DNA of 64,000 nucleotides from Candidatus Zixiibacteriota bacterium (GTDB taxonomy: Bacteria > Zixibacteria > MSB-5A5 > GN15 > PGXB01): the NCBI GenBank assembly GCA_040753495.1, contig JBFMEF010000048.1:1594-65593 (forward strand), written 5' to 3'. The notes under the pieces were generated by a model. The model searched no databases. It had not been told where the DNA came from and saw nothing but the letters and a program-made list of their open reading frames with translations. Below, piece after piece: positions 52,801 through 62,964 of the stretch. Positions within the stretch are counted from its first letter, which is position 1, and every line of letters begins with the position of its first letter. A program made the position numbers and the translations under genes.

Positions 52801-55698
52801 CTTGACCTCGCCAATCCGGGCGGTTTCTATGTGGACAGTTCTGAATTCAACGGCTGGAAGACCTACCGCATTCCGATTAAAGACACAGCGGTGCTGGACA
52901 CGATAGTCGGGTCGCCGTCATGGTCGCAGATAAACTATGTGCGGGTCTGGTTTGAATCCCCTACCGGCGAAGTCTGTCAGATAAACTTTGCCACTATGGA
53001 TTTCATTCAATCCAACTGGGATGATAAACTGAAGCCGGTTGCGCCGCTGCAGCCCACCACCAGCCGTTTCAATGTGGCGGTCATAAACAATCAGGAGAAC
53101 ATCGATTACCGTCTCGACCCGCCGCCCGGTGTCAGCGGTTATTATGATAAAACCAATCAGGTCACGGAGCCGGAGCAGTCACTTCTTCTTCACTACGAAA
53201 ACTTCAAAGCGCTCGACACCGGATTGGTGGAACGGGTGCTGTTTGACGCTCCCAACTATGTGGGGTACCGGCGCCTCAATATGCTGGTTCATGGAGCCCC
53301 CGGCGTAGATTCGGTTATGTTCTTTTTCCGCCTTGGTCAGGACTCTAACAACTACTACGAATATCAGACGATGCTTCAGCCGGGATGGAATTCCGCCAAC
53401 GAGGTTAATATCGATTTCGACCGGATTACCGGCTTAAAGGAATTTATGATGCGCAGTCGCGACGGCAGCGTGGACCGGCCTTACGATACGACCGATGGCA
53501 ATTATCGCATTTTCGGATTGCCCAATCTGACGCGCGTCAAATATCTCGCCTGCGGCGTGGTCAATCTCGACACGGCACAGACGCCGACCGGCGATGTCTG
53601 GGTTAACGAATTAAAATTGATTGATGTTCGTCGTGATGTTGGAACGGCTGCCCGCGTTTCCGCCAGCGGGAATATCGCCGATTTGATTTCTTATGGAGTG
53701 ACTTATTCGTACCGGGATGCCTTTTTCCGGGAGATTTCATCATCCACGCGGGGAGGCTCATCGGGCAACCTCGGCAGCGGACGCTCCACCACCAGCTACG
53801 GCTTCAACGTGAATATTGGTCTGGAAAAATTCCTGCCCCGCTCCTTAAATGCCTCTCTGCCGCTTTCCTTACGGTACGGGAAGACCACGGAAATCCCGCT
53901 TCTGAGGTTCAATACCGATATCGTCCTTCCCGAAGAACTTCGCGATGATGAAAGCAATATCAACGTCAGCAAAGGATTCACCATTTCCGAAAGTTTCAAC
54001 AAGCGCTCCAGCAATCCGCTCTTTTCCATCCTTCTGAATAAACTGCGAATGAACTATTCCTATAACAAGACGGAAGGCAAATCGCCCAAAACCCCTGTTT
54101 CCTTTAATGAAAATTATCATCTGAGCGGAAGATACGATTTCTCTTTCGGCAAGATTCCCAGCATTAAGCCCTTCTTCTGGACGGAGCCGGTGCCTCTGCT
54201 CAAAAAACTGAGCGGAAGCCGTTTTTATCTTCTGCCCAACAGTTTTGGCTCCACCGCCGATCTTGACCGCAATCTGACCGTTTCGGAGAATACCAGCCGG
54301 GTCCGTACCGAGAGCTTGCGACGGGATTTCCGCGGTAATTTCCGACTCGGGTACAAAATATCCGACAATATGAATGCCACCTATAGTATGGATACCAAGC
54401 GGGATATGTCGGACCCGCGCACGGTGGTTTTCAGTTTGAACCCAGGCAAATTCCGGCTGGGGCGCGAGACCAACTATAATGAATCTTTTGGTATTTCTTA
54501 CTCCCCGACCATTTTCTCGTTCCTCACGCACAAGATGACATTCTCGACCGGATATCGTGAAGATATAAAGGTCAATGATGTTACGCGCAATGCCGCGGCG
54601 AGCAAATCCTATGGCGTCGGCGGCGACCTGAATCTTAAAAAATTGTTTGGTGACCCCGGCAGCAGACCGCAGCGCTCCCGCGCCAGGACGAAGGAAGCGG
54701 AGGATGCCCAGAAGAAAAAGAGTTCGGTAGGAAAAGGATTGGAACCGCTGGCAAAATTGATGCGATTCCTGACCGGATGGATAAATCCTATCAGTTACGA
54801 CTTCAATGAGCGGTACGGGTACTCCTACACCGGGCTTCTGGAAAGAGCCCAGCTGAAATTCCGCTTCGGCTTGAGCGAAGATATCGGGGCAGAAGTAGAT
54901 TCCAATGCCACCACCACCGGCTACTCCACGGCTGTCTCCAAGAGCACCGGATATTCCTTCGGGAGTGGCACCGTCTTCTTCGGCGGGCTGCGGACCGATG
55001 TGTCATACAGCCGGAAGATTGACCAGGATATTGTCAAATCTTTCAATCCCCAGAAATCGATTCAGACCACTTTCCCGGATATCCGCTTTGCCATCAGCCC
55101 CTTTAAGACCTTTACTCTGCTCAATCCGATAATCAAGCGGTTCAATCCCCGCACCGGATATACCCGCAGCACCTCTGAAGTGATTAATAAGCAGACCGGT
55201 AAACAAGCGTCAGAGAGAGTTACAATTGCCCAGAGGCCGCTTCTCTCGGTCAATTTTGATATTTTGAAAGGGGTTCAGATCAACGTAAATACCGACCGCT
55301 CTGTTACGGATGAGAAGATATTCAATTCGCAGAGCGGCGCCATGACCAGCCGTCAACGGTCGGTCCAGACCAATTATAATTTTTCGACCAAATATTCATT
55401 CTCGGCGCCGACCGGTATCAAGATTCCGCTGTTTGGCCGATTAAAGTTCAGTTCGACCATGTCTCTGGCGGTGGATGTCACTATGCGCAAACAGAAAACG
55501 GAAAGCGCCAACGGCGAAAACCCCCTGGCGTCGTCCGGTGAACGTTCCGACCTTATGGTGACACCGAATATTTCGTATTCATTCTCCTCGCAGATTCGCG
55601 GCGGTCTGAGCGCCCGCTGGCAGGACACCAATGACGTCGCCCTGCAGCGAAAGTCGCATATCCGCGAATTGCGCATTTGGGTCGATATCCGGTTCTAA
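49882..55698 (+). CDS. sprA: SprA/Sov-like giant outer-membrane beta-barrel (type IX secretion translocon family)
   Basis: ORF of more than 1900 aa ending in a beta-barrel signature (..IRELRIWVDIRF). The segment IEAGNTTLSLPNTQFVGYSSRIQGLFGIKTTAQIGNLTMTAIASQEKG resembles the conserved SprA N-terminal motif as I remember it. The true start probably lies upstream (see the finding on 49763-49884). Confidence 0.7.
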   Translation: MNYPAGLIAPYPLEEPKFVISLSYARIPRLKRIGELPTKVIRSDFESQTITFSGEYYRSGMLAYEYTPRSVDAAEYMQRRRDLSLLQNMSDLRAQALTKDQKQKQGGLLSLNIPIKSKVLESIAGEGGAGLKVSGYHQITFSGRSQWDDRASTATYRQSKFPSLNMEQISRFDINGTIGTKISVSVTQDSQTDIPLANRIMLRYKGDEDDIIKSIEAGNTTLSLPNTQFVGYSSRIQGLFGIKTTAQIGNLTMTAIASQEKGTTERNSIIAGASARKDYIRDYNYASGRIFDLGRKNSQGFFVDFFLGDAITYIDVYTGISQYSQTTTGINANLYVDPDDTTEFANEKLSALVNPTPVDRNTYYVDVKNNWILFDNANISYGTEIGVYMIIKRANGTIDTVGNVGQEPYALKLIRHKNPDSTQVTWDYMWRNVYYLNATNIDVSGLEIRILKGAGNTERSEDNLDHQDGIPYIRLMGLDSINQAGQAMSDGLADVQKPSIVDPVRGLLIFPDRKPFASNKPYYDTLLLKDQVPEIYSYQISTQEVIKASKYYIEVSNRSRATEISLGRPNIIENSERITLNGRLLNKGTDYNIQYDFGLVTFLTEEALDPNANISIDYEYTPFIAAEKKTLFGIRGEYEFSSNFKLGATYLYKSDKATDRKPKVGQETTRSTIWDADASYKFKPNFLSKAINLLPFYSTTSESNLAISGEMAQSHPNPNVDGVAYIDDFEGSRDSYSLGIFRELWTLSSRPAGLDTASHRARLVWYNPYDQVATNDIWNRELKPGESGTHTLWVRFEPGKLDRRAGEYSSNITYDSLRAWNGLMRYMPAGSANQDAAQLLELRIQGEKGIVHFEMGIISEDVNGNDSLDTEDKRSIGGFYNNILDEGEDVGLDGRKDSDEPGYDPVTNPDPNGDNWYYNGEGAGCNGCDPYDYEAINGTEGNAKDPNRWGKPDSEDIYRNNVSDKANNYFSFELDLANPGGFYVDSSEFNGWKTYRIPIKDTAVLDTIVGSPSWSQINYVRVWFESPTGEVCQINFATMDFIQSNWDDKLKPVAPLQPTTSRFNVAVINNQENIDYRLDPPPGVSGYYDKTNQVTEPEQSLLLHYENFKALDTGLVERVLFDAPNYVGYRRLNMLVHGAPGVDSVMFFFRLGQDSNNYYEYQTMLQPGWNSANEVNIDFDRITGLKEFMMRSRDGSVDRPYDTTDGNYRIFGLPNLTRVKYLACGVVNLDTAQTPTGDVWVNELKLIDVRRDVGTAARVSASGNIADLISYGVTYSYRDAFFREISSSTRGGSSGNLGSGRSTTSYGFNVNIGLEKFLPRSLNASLPLSLRYGKTTEIPLLRFNTDIVLPEELRDDESNINVSKGFTISESFNKRSSNPLFSILLNKLRMNYSYNKTEGKSPKTPVSFNENYHLSGRYDFSFGKIPSIKPFFWTEPVPLLKKLSGSRFYLLPNSFGSTADLDRNLTVSENTSRVRTESLRRDFRGNFRLGYKISDNMNATYSMDTKRDMSDPRTVVFSLNPGKFRLGRETNYNESFGISYSPTIFSFLTHKMTFSTGYREDIKVNDVTRNAAASKSYGVGGDLNLKKLFGDPGSRPQRSRARTKEAEDAQKKKSSVGKGLEPLAKLMRFLTGWINPISYDFNERYGYSYTGLLERAQLKFRFGLSEDIGAEVDSNATTTGYSTAVSKSTGYSFGSGTVFFGGLRTDVSYSRKIDQDIVKSFNPQKSIQTTFPDIRFAISPFKTFTLLNPIIKRFNPRTGYTRSTSEVINKQTGKQASERVTIAQRPLLSVNFDILKGVQINVNTDRSVTDEKIFNSQSGAMTSRQRSVQTNYNFSTKYSFSAPTGIKIPLFGRLKFSSTMSLAVDVTMRKQKTESANGENPLASSGERSDLMVTPNISYSFSSQIRGGLSARWQDTNDVALQRKSHIRELRIWVDIRF

Positions 55699-55749
55699 AT
55701 TATTCGGTTGACTTTCCCTCCCCGCCTCCCTTTTTTCCACCTGTACCGT

Positions 55750-56688
55750 ATGAGACACTCAGGCATTATTGTAATGGCGCTTATGGCGCTGACGGCGCTT
55801 TCCTGCCGGTCCGGAAACAAGGAAAGGTCACTGCCGACTTTCGACGGCGAAAGGGCGATGAGTTACCTCGTGGCGCAGGTGGAGTTTGGTCCCCGGGTGC
55901 CGGGAAGCGCCAGCGCCGCCCGTTGTCGCGAATACATTGCCGGTTTCTGCCGCAACCTGGGAGCGGAGGTCGACACCATGCAGTTTATCCATGCCGACAA
56001 GCATACCGGAAAAAATATTGAGATGGTCAACCTCATTGCGAGATTTTCAGGCGCGGCAGGTCCGTCGGGAGAGCGGATACTTCTGGCGGCGCACTACGAT
56101 TGCCGGCCGCGGGCAGAACTGGACCCCGACAGCAGCAAGCAGAATCTTCCCATTGACGGCGCCAATGATGGCGCCTCCGGCGTGGCGGTGCTGATGGAAT
56201 TAGCCAATCTTTTCGCCGCCCAGAAGCCGCGCCTGAATGTTGACCTGGCGTTTCTTGACGGTGAAGATTTTGGTATGAGCGGAGACCTGAGCGATTATTT
56301 TCTCGGCGCCAAGGAAATGACCCGGCGGGGAATCAAGGACAAATATCGCTGCGCGGTTGTGGTCGATATGGTGGGCGACCGTGACCTGCGCGTCTATCGC
56401 GAAAATTTCTCGGAACAGTACTTTCCAAAGTTAAACGATATAATCTGGAAGACAGCCCGCGATATCGGAGAGACAACCTTTTCCGACACGGTCGGATATT
56501 TCGTGCATGATGACCATCTCTCTTTCATGACTGTGGGATTGCCGTCGGTGGTAGTGATAGATTTTGCCTATCAGTACTGGCACACATCATACGACACGCC
56601 GGACAAATGCTCGGCGGCATCGCTGGCGTCGGTCGGAAGAGTTATGACACATTTTATTTACAATTTTCGAGATGACAAAATCAGATAA
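55750..56688 (+). CDS. M28-family zinc enzyme, glutaminyl-peptide cyclotransferase-like lipoprotein
   Basis: The ATG at 55750 gives MRHSGIIVMALMALTALSC, a signal peptide with a possible lipobox. AAHYDCRP, DGANDGASGVAVLMELA and FLDGEDFG match M28 / animal-type glutaminyl cyclase metal-site motifs. Confidence 0.7.
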   Translation: MRHSGIIVMALMALTALSCRSGNKERSLPTFDGERAMSYLVAQVEFGPRVPGSASAARCREYIAGFCRNLGAEVDTMQFIHADKHTGKNIEMVNLIARFSGAAGPSGERILLAAHYDCRPRAELDPDSSKQNLPIDGANDGASGVAVLMELANLFAAQKPRLNVDLAFLDGEDFGMSGDLSDYFLGAKEMTRRGIKDKYRCAVVVDMVGDRDLRVYRENFSEQYFPKLNDIIWKTARDIGETTFSDTVGYFVHDDHLSFMTVGLPSVVVIDFAYQYWHTSYDTPDKCSAASLASVGRVMTHFIYNFRDDKIR

Positions 56689-58054
56689 ATTCAGCCGGCG
56701 CGATATTCCCTCAATAGAAGCGCTGGCGTCGGAACCGGAAGTGGTATCCATTTGCGAGAAAATTCCGCGGCAACTTGCTGTAGTCATCATTCGTGAAACC
56801 GTGGAAGAATTCAAACGGCGACTTGACAGCGATGAAAAGGACCTGTCCCTGTCGAGACTTAAAAGCGAGATTGTTAAGGTACTGAGTGCAACTGTTAAGA
56901 AAAAGGTGGGGCGGGTTATCAACGGCACCGGCATTCTGGTGCATACCAACCTGGGACGGGCGCCGCTTGCCGAGACACTTTTTGACCGCATCAAAAGCCA
57001 TATTGTCGGGTACGGCAATCTCGAATTTGATATCAACAGCGGCAAGCGGGGGCGTCGCGGCGAACTGGCTGAAAAATATCTGGCCCTGATGTCGGAATCG
57101 GAAGATGCCGTCATTGTCAATAATAATGCCGCGGCGATTTTTCTGATTATCAATACCCTTGCCTGTAAGAAGAAGGTGGTAATCTCGCGCGGAGAACTGG
57201 TGCAAATCGGGGGCGGTTTTAGAATCCCGGACATCATTAAGCGCGCCGAAGGAAAACTTCTCGAAGTCGGCACCACCAACATCACCACAATAGATGATTA
57301 CCGCGCGGCGCTGGCTGAAAATCCCGCCATGATACTGCGGGTGCATAAAAGCAATTTCGCCCAGAAAGGATTCACGGAAGAACCATCACTCAAAGAATTG
57401 ACGCAATTAGGAACGGAATCTGGCGTTCCCGTCATAAATGACTTAGGAAGCGGCGTTTTCATTGATACGTCAGGATTTACCGGGACCGAAGAGCCCACCG
57501 TGCAATCATCCAGCCGGGATGGCTCCTCGCTAACCTGTTTCTCCGGCGACAAACTGCTGGGCGGTGTTCAGTCCGGTTTGATTGTCGGACAGCGCCAACT
57601 GACCGACCGTCTCAAAAATAATCCGGTATACCGGGCGCTTCGCGTCGATAAGATTGTTTTCTCGGCGCTGGAGGAATTGCTGAAATATTACCTCGACGGT
57701 GTCTGGCAGGAAAAAATCAAACTCTGGAGTCTTGCCGCCGTCAAGGAAAAGGAACTATACGAAAAGGGGCAACGAATTCTAAAAGAATTAGGCGGTGGCG
57801 AGAAAATTATTCTCGAGGGCTCCAAAGGTGAAATGGGGGGCGGCTCCCTGCCGACCGTCACGTTGCCTTCCGTAGCGCTGGTATTCCGAAGCGGTCTTCC
57901 GCCCCAAAAACTGGCGCAACTCTTTCGCGCCGCCGAACCGCCGGTTATAGGTCGGATTGCGGACGGCAATTTCTTAATTGACCTGAAAGCGATTGACGAC
58001 AGCGACCTCAAAGCCCTGACCAGAATCATCAAGACCATATTACCCCTGTTATAA
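56672..58054 (+). CDS. selA: L-seryl-tRNA(Sec) selenium transferase
   Basis: 460 aa with [15 protein letters not shown] and the PLP-lysine motif [13 protein letters not shown]. It overlaps the upstream gene by 17 nt. Confidence 0.9.
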   Translation: MTKSDKFSRRDIPSIEALASEPEVVSICEKIPRQLAVVIIRETVEEFKRRLDSDEKDLSLSRLKSEIVKVLSATVKKKVGRVINGTGILVHTNLGRAPLAETLFDRIKSHIVGYGNLEFDINSGKRGRRGELAEKYLALMSESEDAVIVNNNAAAIFLIINTLACKKKVVISRGELVQIGGGFRIPDIIKRAEGKLLEVGTTNITTIDDYRAALAENPAMILRVHKSNFAQKGFTEEPSLKELTQLGTESGVPVINDLGSGVFIDTSGFTGTEEPTVQSSSRDGSSLTCFSGDKLLGGVQSGLIVGQRQLTDRLKNNPVYRALRVDKIVFSALEELLKYYLDGVWQEKIKLWSLAAVKEKELYEKGQRILKELGGGEKIILEGSKGEMGGGSLPTVTLPSVALVFRSGLPPQKLAQLFRAAEPPVIGRIADGNFLIDLKAIDDSDLKALTRIIKTILPLL

Positions 58055-58057
58055 GAA

Positions 58058-59959
58058 ATGTTTGTTATCGGTACCGCGGGACATATTGACCATGGCAAAT
58101 CCTCCCTTATCAACCGGCTGACCGGCATCGACCCCGACCGTCTCCCTGAGGAAAAGGAGCGGGGGATGACCATTGACCTCGGCTTTGCTTATTACGACAC
58201 CTCCACCGGCAAGAGAATCGGGATAGTCGATGTACCGGGACACGAGCGGTTTGTGCGGAATATGATTTCCGGCGCCGGTGGCATTGATGCCGTCCTGATG
58301 GTCGTGGCGGCTGATGACGGATGGATGCCCCAGAGCCAGGAACATTTTCAGATTACTCAATTGCTGGGTGTCCGGTACGGTATCGTGGTAATCAATAAGA
58401 TAGACCTGGCGGAAAAAACCTGGGTTGACCTGGTGGAAGAGGATATTCGCACCCGGGTGCGGGGGACTTTTCTCGGCGAGGCAACATTCGTGCGCGTCTC
58501 CGCCGCCACCGGAGAAGGAATCGAACGACTCAAATCGGAAATCGAAAAACTGGCAGAGCTTATCACGGAACGAATGGATATAGGAAAGCCGCGACTGTAT
58601 ATCGACCGTTCCTTTGTATTGCAGGGGATTGGAGGTGTGGTCACCGGTACTCTCAAGGATGGAATCTTTAGGGTGGGACAGGACGTGGCGGTATTTCCTT
58701 CGCGAGTTCGCGGGCGTATTCGCAATATCCAGTCGCACAATCAGCAGGTAGATACCGCTTTTCCGGGTCAGAGAACTGCGCTAAGTCTCACCGGGGTTGA
58801 TAAGGAGTATCTGGCGCGCGGCGGAGTAATTTCCCTGCCGGCATTAGTGGAAAATTACCCGCAGGAAACGGTCGTTGCGGCAAATGTCAAACTGCTCGAA
58901 GATGCGCCCTTCCAGGTTGCCGACGGGCGAAGGCTTCTGATGATTCTGGGGACGACCGAAGTGGAAGGGGAAGTGCGCTTATTTGAAGAGAGAGAGCTTC
59001 ACCCTGGAGACGAGGGAATGCTCTTCTTTCGCCCCTCAGAACCGCTTCTGGCTTTTATTGGCGACAGATTTATCTTTCGTCTGCCGACACCGCCGGTTAC
59101 GGTCGGAGGCGGCACCATTATAGATTTGCTGAAGCGGTTTCCTCCGCGAAGAGAGAAACCTCTCTTTCAGTATCTGAGAAACCTGAAAGAACTGACCCTG
59201 GGCAACCTGATTGACGCAGGCTTGAAGAAAAGTCTCTTTGTCGGCGCCGGCGATTTTGCTCTCGCCAACTTCTCAGAAAGTCAGGTGACGGCGCATCTGA
59301 ATCAATTGTACGAAGCCGGCGCTCTGAAAATAATTGGCAATCGCTACTATCGCCTGGCTGACTACAAAAGATTGAGCGAGCAAATTCTTCTGACAATGAA
59401 AGAGTTTTTTGCAGACAAACCTCATATCGATGGCCTCACCGCTGATTTTCTGGCAAAATCCGGGGAGCTCCCGCCGGCGATAGTAGAGACGGTGTTGCAA
59501 CTGCTGGTCGATGATAACCGCCTCGTGCGAAAAAAGAACCGTTATGATCTGCCGGGACGTCAACTGTCCGCGATTGGGGAAATCAAAGTCAGGGCAGACT
59601 TGCTGGAAGAGATATACCGCAAAGGGGGGGCATCACCGCCGACCATAGAGGAAGCGATTCGTTCGGAAAGAAACCTCTCTGAAGCGATTGAATATCTCTT
59701 TGGTACGGGAAGATTGGTCCGCGTTGGCGGAGCGCTGGCGTTTCATCGCGATGTTTGGAAAGACATAATTACGAAACTGGTTGCCCTGCTTGCCGATGGT
59801 CGGACGATGGCAGTAGGGGAGTTCCGCGAAGCGATAAATAGCTCGCGCAAATATGTTGTGCCGATATTGGAAGAAACCGACCGTCTCAAAATCACACAAC
59901 GTCAGGGCGATTTTCGAGTCCCCGGAGAAAATTATGAGAAAGCGCAGACTCTTTTTTAA
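58058..59959 (+). CDS. selB: selenocysteine-specific translation elongation factor
   Basis: 633 aa with GTPase motifs [18 protein letters not shown] and NKID, followed by EF-Tu-like domains II/III and C-terminal winged-helix repeats. Confidence 0.9.
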   Translation: MFVIGTAGHIDHGKSSLINRLTGIDPDRLPEEKERGMTIDLGFAYYDTSTGKRIGIVDVPGHERFVRNMISGAGGIDAVLMVVAADDGWMPQSQEHFQITQLLGVRYGIVVINKIDLAEKTWVDLVEEDIRTRVRGTFLGEATFVRVSAATGEGIERLKSEIEKLAELITERMDIGKPRLYIDRSFVLQGIGGVVTGTLKDGIFRVGQDVAVFPSRVRGRIRNIQSHNQQVDTAFPGQRTALSLTGVDKEYLARGGVISLPALVENYPQETVVAANVKLLEDAPFQVADGRRLLMILGTTEVEGEVRLFEERELHPGDEGMLFFRPSEPLLAFIGDRFIFRLPTPPVTVGGGTIIDLLKRFPPRREKPLFQYLRNLKELTLGNLIDAGLKKSLFVGAGDFALANFSESQVTAHLNQLYEAGALKIIGNRYYRLADYKRLSEQILLTMKEFFADKPHIDGLTADFLAKSGELPPAIVETVLQLLVDDNRLVRKKNRYDLPGRQLSAIGEIKVRADLLEEIYRKGGASPPTIEEAIRSERNLSEAIEYLFGTGRLVRVGGALAFHRDVWKDIITKLVALLADGRTMAVGEFREAINSSRKYVVPILEETDRLKITQRQGDFRVPGENYEKAQTLF

Positions 59960-61529
59960 CGGAAAGATATATACTCAGGTGGCCGGGCTCCCGCCGGCGG
60001 AATCAATGGCAATCGACGGGAACCTGATTGCGGCCGTGGGGAAAAATCTCAAGTACGATGCCGACTTTTCTTCCTACGAGAAAATCGACCTGCGTGGCTC
60101 CGCTGTCATACCGGGGCTGGTCGATGCCCATACCCATTTCTATTTCATTATCATTTCGATGGGAACGGTGAAACTGGACGGATTAAATTCATTGGAGCAG
60201 GTGCTGGATAGAATAAGAAAGCATTCGGCAAAACTGAAGAAAGATGAATGGGTGGTGGGAGAAGGATTCTCCCCCGACCGATGGAAAAAATTTGTCGTGC
60301 CCGACAGACTAATGCTCGACAAGGTAACCGGAGGCCGACCGGCGGCGATATTTTCCAAAGACCAGCATATGCTCTGGACAAACTCGAAGGCGCTGGCGCT
60401 CGCCGGAATATCATCGGGAACTCCGCAACCAGCCGGCGGCGCTATTGAGCGGTTTGCCGATGGCTCCCCCTCGGGAATCCTGAAAGAGATACCCGGATAT
60501 TTCCCTGTTTTCAAATTGATTGGCAAGCCGGGCAGGTCAAAAATCGCCCGGTTCCATCAGATGACCCTGAAAGAAGCATATTCCCGCGGGGTAACCGGTG
60601 TCCATTCCTTCGACGGACCCGATGCGCTGCCGTATTTCCGAGACCTCTCAGCAGAAAAAAAACTGGGACTGCGGGTCAATTTCTATCCGCCGGCGAAAAT
60701 GATTGAGGAATTAGCCCGCCAGGGAATCGGTCGCAATTACGGCAACGATTATTTTCGAGTTACCGGAGTCAAGATTTTTGCCGATGGCTCGCTGGGAAGC
60801 CAGTCCGCCCTCTGCTTTCAGAAATATATTGGGTCTAAAAATAATTTCGGAATTGAGACCACCCCCAAGAGTGATATTGCGGAGCTGATTGAGAAAGCGT
60901 CTAAATTAAATCTTCCGGCAGCGATACATGCTATCGGCGATAAGGCGATTTCCAATGTGCTTGATTGCTTTGAGCATGCCCCGGCATTGCCGCACGGAAT
61001 CCGTCACCGCATCGAGCATCTGCAAATGATTCGCCGCTCCGACGTTGCCCGGGTCAAACGGCTCGGGGTGGTGGCATCAATGCAGCCGACCCATTGCCCC
61101 TCGGATGTCAGGCTTATCGAAAAATACTGGGGCAAAAGAGGACGCAATTGCTACATTTTTCGAACCCTTATAGACCGCGGGGTACATCTGGCTTTTGGCT
61201 CCGATGCCCCTATCGAAACCCTCCATCCGGTGGCGGGGATAGACGCCGCCGTCAATCGATTTATCCCGGGAACCCGAAAGTCGTTCTACCCCCAGGAGCG
61301 AATCTCCGTTGCGGAAGCGATTTTTAATTATACAGCAGGACCTGCTTACGCCGTTGGGCAGGAAAACGAACGCGGCTATCTTCTCCCCGGATACAAAGCT
61401 GATTTTGTGGTATTTGAAGAAAATCCATATAAGATTTCCCGATTCGAACTCTCCGGATTGCAGCCGGCAGCGACCTTCCTTGACGGCGCGCCGGTTTATC
61501 TTCAGGGAAAACTCGCCCGCTTATTATAG
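59934..61529 (+). CDS. amidohydrolase-3 family metal-dependent hydrolase (YtcJ-like)
   Basis: The ATG at 59934 lies 26 nt inside the selB 3' end. GLVDAHTHF, HAIGD, EHLQM and GSDAP metal-ligand motifs are present. Confidence 0.85.
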   Translation: MRKRRLFFNGKIYTQVAGLPPAESMAIDGNLIAAVGKNLKYDADFSSYEKIDLRGSAVIPGLVDAHTHFYFIIISMGTVKLDGLNSLEQVLDRIRKHSAKLKKDEWVVGEGFSPDRWKKFVVPDRLMLDKVTGGRPAAIFSKDQHMLWTNSKALALAGISSGTPQPAGGAIERFADGSPSGILKEIPGYFPVFKLIGKPGRSKIARFHQMTLKEAYSRGVTGVHSFDGPDALPYFRDLSAEKKLGLRVNFYPPAKMIEELARQGIGRNYGNDYFRVTGVKIFADGSLGSQSALCFQKYIGSKNNFGIETTPKSDIAELIEKASKLNLPAAIHAIGDKAISNVLDCFEHAPALPHGIRHRIEHLQMIRRSDVARVKRLGVVASMQPTHCPSDVRLIEKYWGKRGRNCYIFRTLIDRGVHLAFGSDAPIETLHPVAGIDAAVNRFIPGTRKSFYPQERISVAEAIFNYTAGPAYAVGQENERGYLLPGYKADFVVFEENPYKISRFELSGLQPAATFLDGAPVYLQGKLARLL

Positions 61530-61619
61530 AATCTGACCGGAACCGCCGCGCCGCTTTCCCTTGTCAATTATTCAATTGACACCGGTGATTTGTTGATATT
61601 ACTTAAAGCAGGGTTTAAT

Positions 61620-62951
61620 ATGTACCGATTGTCTTTGCATATAACTTTGTTTCTTTTCCTTTTTAGCTTCCCTTTATGTAATATTTCTTCATCCGAGACA
61701 ACCGGGGTTGCCGGCGATTCGGTTGCCTCCTCTGACGCTGACCTGGTTCTGATTTTGACTATCGACGGCGCCATCGGAACGGTCACGGCTGACCGCGTCA
61801 TTGAAGCGGTGAAGCAAGCCGAGGCGGAGCATGCGGCTTTGCTGCTGATATTGATGGACACACCGGGCGGTTTTAATGACTCCTTCTGGGCAATAACCAA
61901 AGCGATGATGAATTCCCAGGTACCGGTGGCGATATATGTTTACCCGGTCGGAGCCCGGGCGGCATCGGCTGGAGTCTATATAACCTATGCGGCGCATATT
62001 GCCGCCATGGCGCCCAGCACCAGTATCGGCGCGGCCCATGTCGTTTCCGGAACCGGTCAACCGATCGACTCGGTTCTGACCGAAAAAATAATGAATGATG
62101 CCGTGGCGGCGCTAAAAGGAATGGCCGAGCGGCATGGTCGTAATGCTGAATGGGCGGAAAAAGCGGCGCGCGAGTCGGCCTCTATCACCAGTAATGAAGC
62201 GCTGGAGCTGAAGGTGATTGACTTTGTGGCGACCGACGTGGATGACCTGCTGCGCCAGATTAACGGTTTTGAAGTCAACACGGTGCTGGGGAAAAGGAAA
62301 GTGGACCTAACCGAACCGCTGAAAAAACCGCTTAAAAAGACACTTATTCAAACCATCCTGGAGATAATCTCTTCGCCCAATGTAGCGTTCATTCTCTTTT
62401 CGCTGGGCGGCTTGGGGATTGTTATCGAGCTTTACAATCCGGGAGCAATTCTTCCGGGGATTGTCGGCGGAATATGTATGATTCTCGCTTTCTACAGCTT
62501 CCGCACTCTGCCGATTAATTACGCCGGACTTCTGCTGATTCTGTTTGCGATACTTCTTTTCATATTGGAGATAAAAATTGTGAGTCACGGATTGTTGACT
62601 ATTGGCGGGGTGATATCGCTGATAATCGGGGGGATGATGCTGATCGATACGGCCGACCCGTCACTGCGAATCTCCAAATCAGTCATTTTTGCGGTGGCCG
62701 TGGTCATTGGAGCCTTTGTGGTGATTGCCTTCACCCTGGCGCTAAAAGCGCGCATCGCCCGTCCGACCACCGGGGTGGAAGGATTGGTCGGGCAGGTCGG
62801 CGTTGTCAAGCAAAGAATTGACCCGACCGGATATGTCTATGTCGCCGGGGAATTGTGGGAAGCGCGCGCCGATGAGCCTGTCGATGAAGGGGTGTCAGTG
62901 GAAGTTCTGGAAGTGAAAGATCTGAAAATAAAGGTCAAAAGGAAAGTATAA
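61620..62951 (+). CDS. NfeD-family membrane-bound ClpP-class serine protease (long form)
   Basis: It has a signal/anchor, a ClpP-like domain ([20 protein letters not shown]), four TM helices, and a C-terminal OB-fold NfeD domain ([14 protein letters not shown]). It sits upstream of an SPFH gene. Confidence 0.85.
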   Translation: MYRLSLHITLFLFLFSFPLCNISSSETTGVAGDSVASSDADLVLILTIDGAIGTVTADRVIEAVKQAEAEHAALLLILMDTPGGFNDSFWAITKAMMNSQVPVAIYVYPVGARAASAGVYITYAAHIAAMAPSTSIGAAHVVSGTGQPIDSVLTEKIMNDAVAALKGMAERHGRNAEWAEKAARESASITSNEALELKVIDFVATDVDDLLRQINGFEVNTVLGKRKVDLTEPLKKPLKKTLIQTILEIISSPNVAFILFSLGGLGIVIELYNPGAILPGIVGGICMILAFYSFRTLPINYAGLLLILFAILLFILEIKIVSHGLLTIGGVISLIIGGMMLIDTADPSLRISKSVIFAVAVVIGAFVVIAFTLALKARIARPTTGVEGLVGQVGVVKQRIDPTGYVYVAGELWEARADEPVDEGVSVEVLEVKDLKIKVKRKV

Positions 62952-62964
62952 GCAGGGAGGTTTT

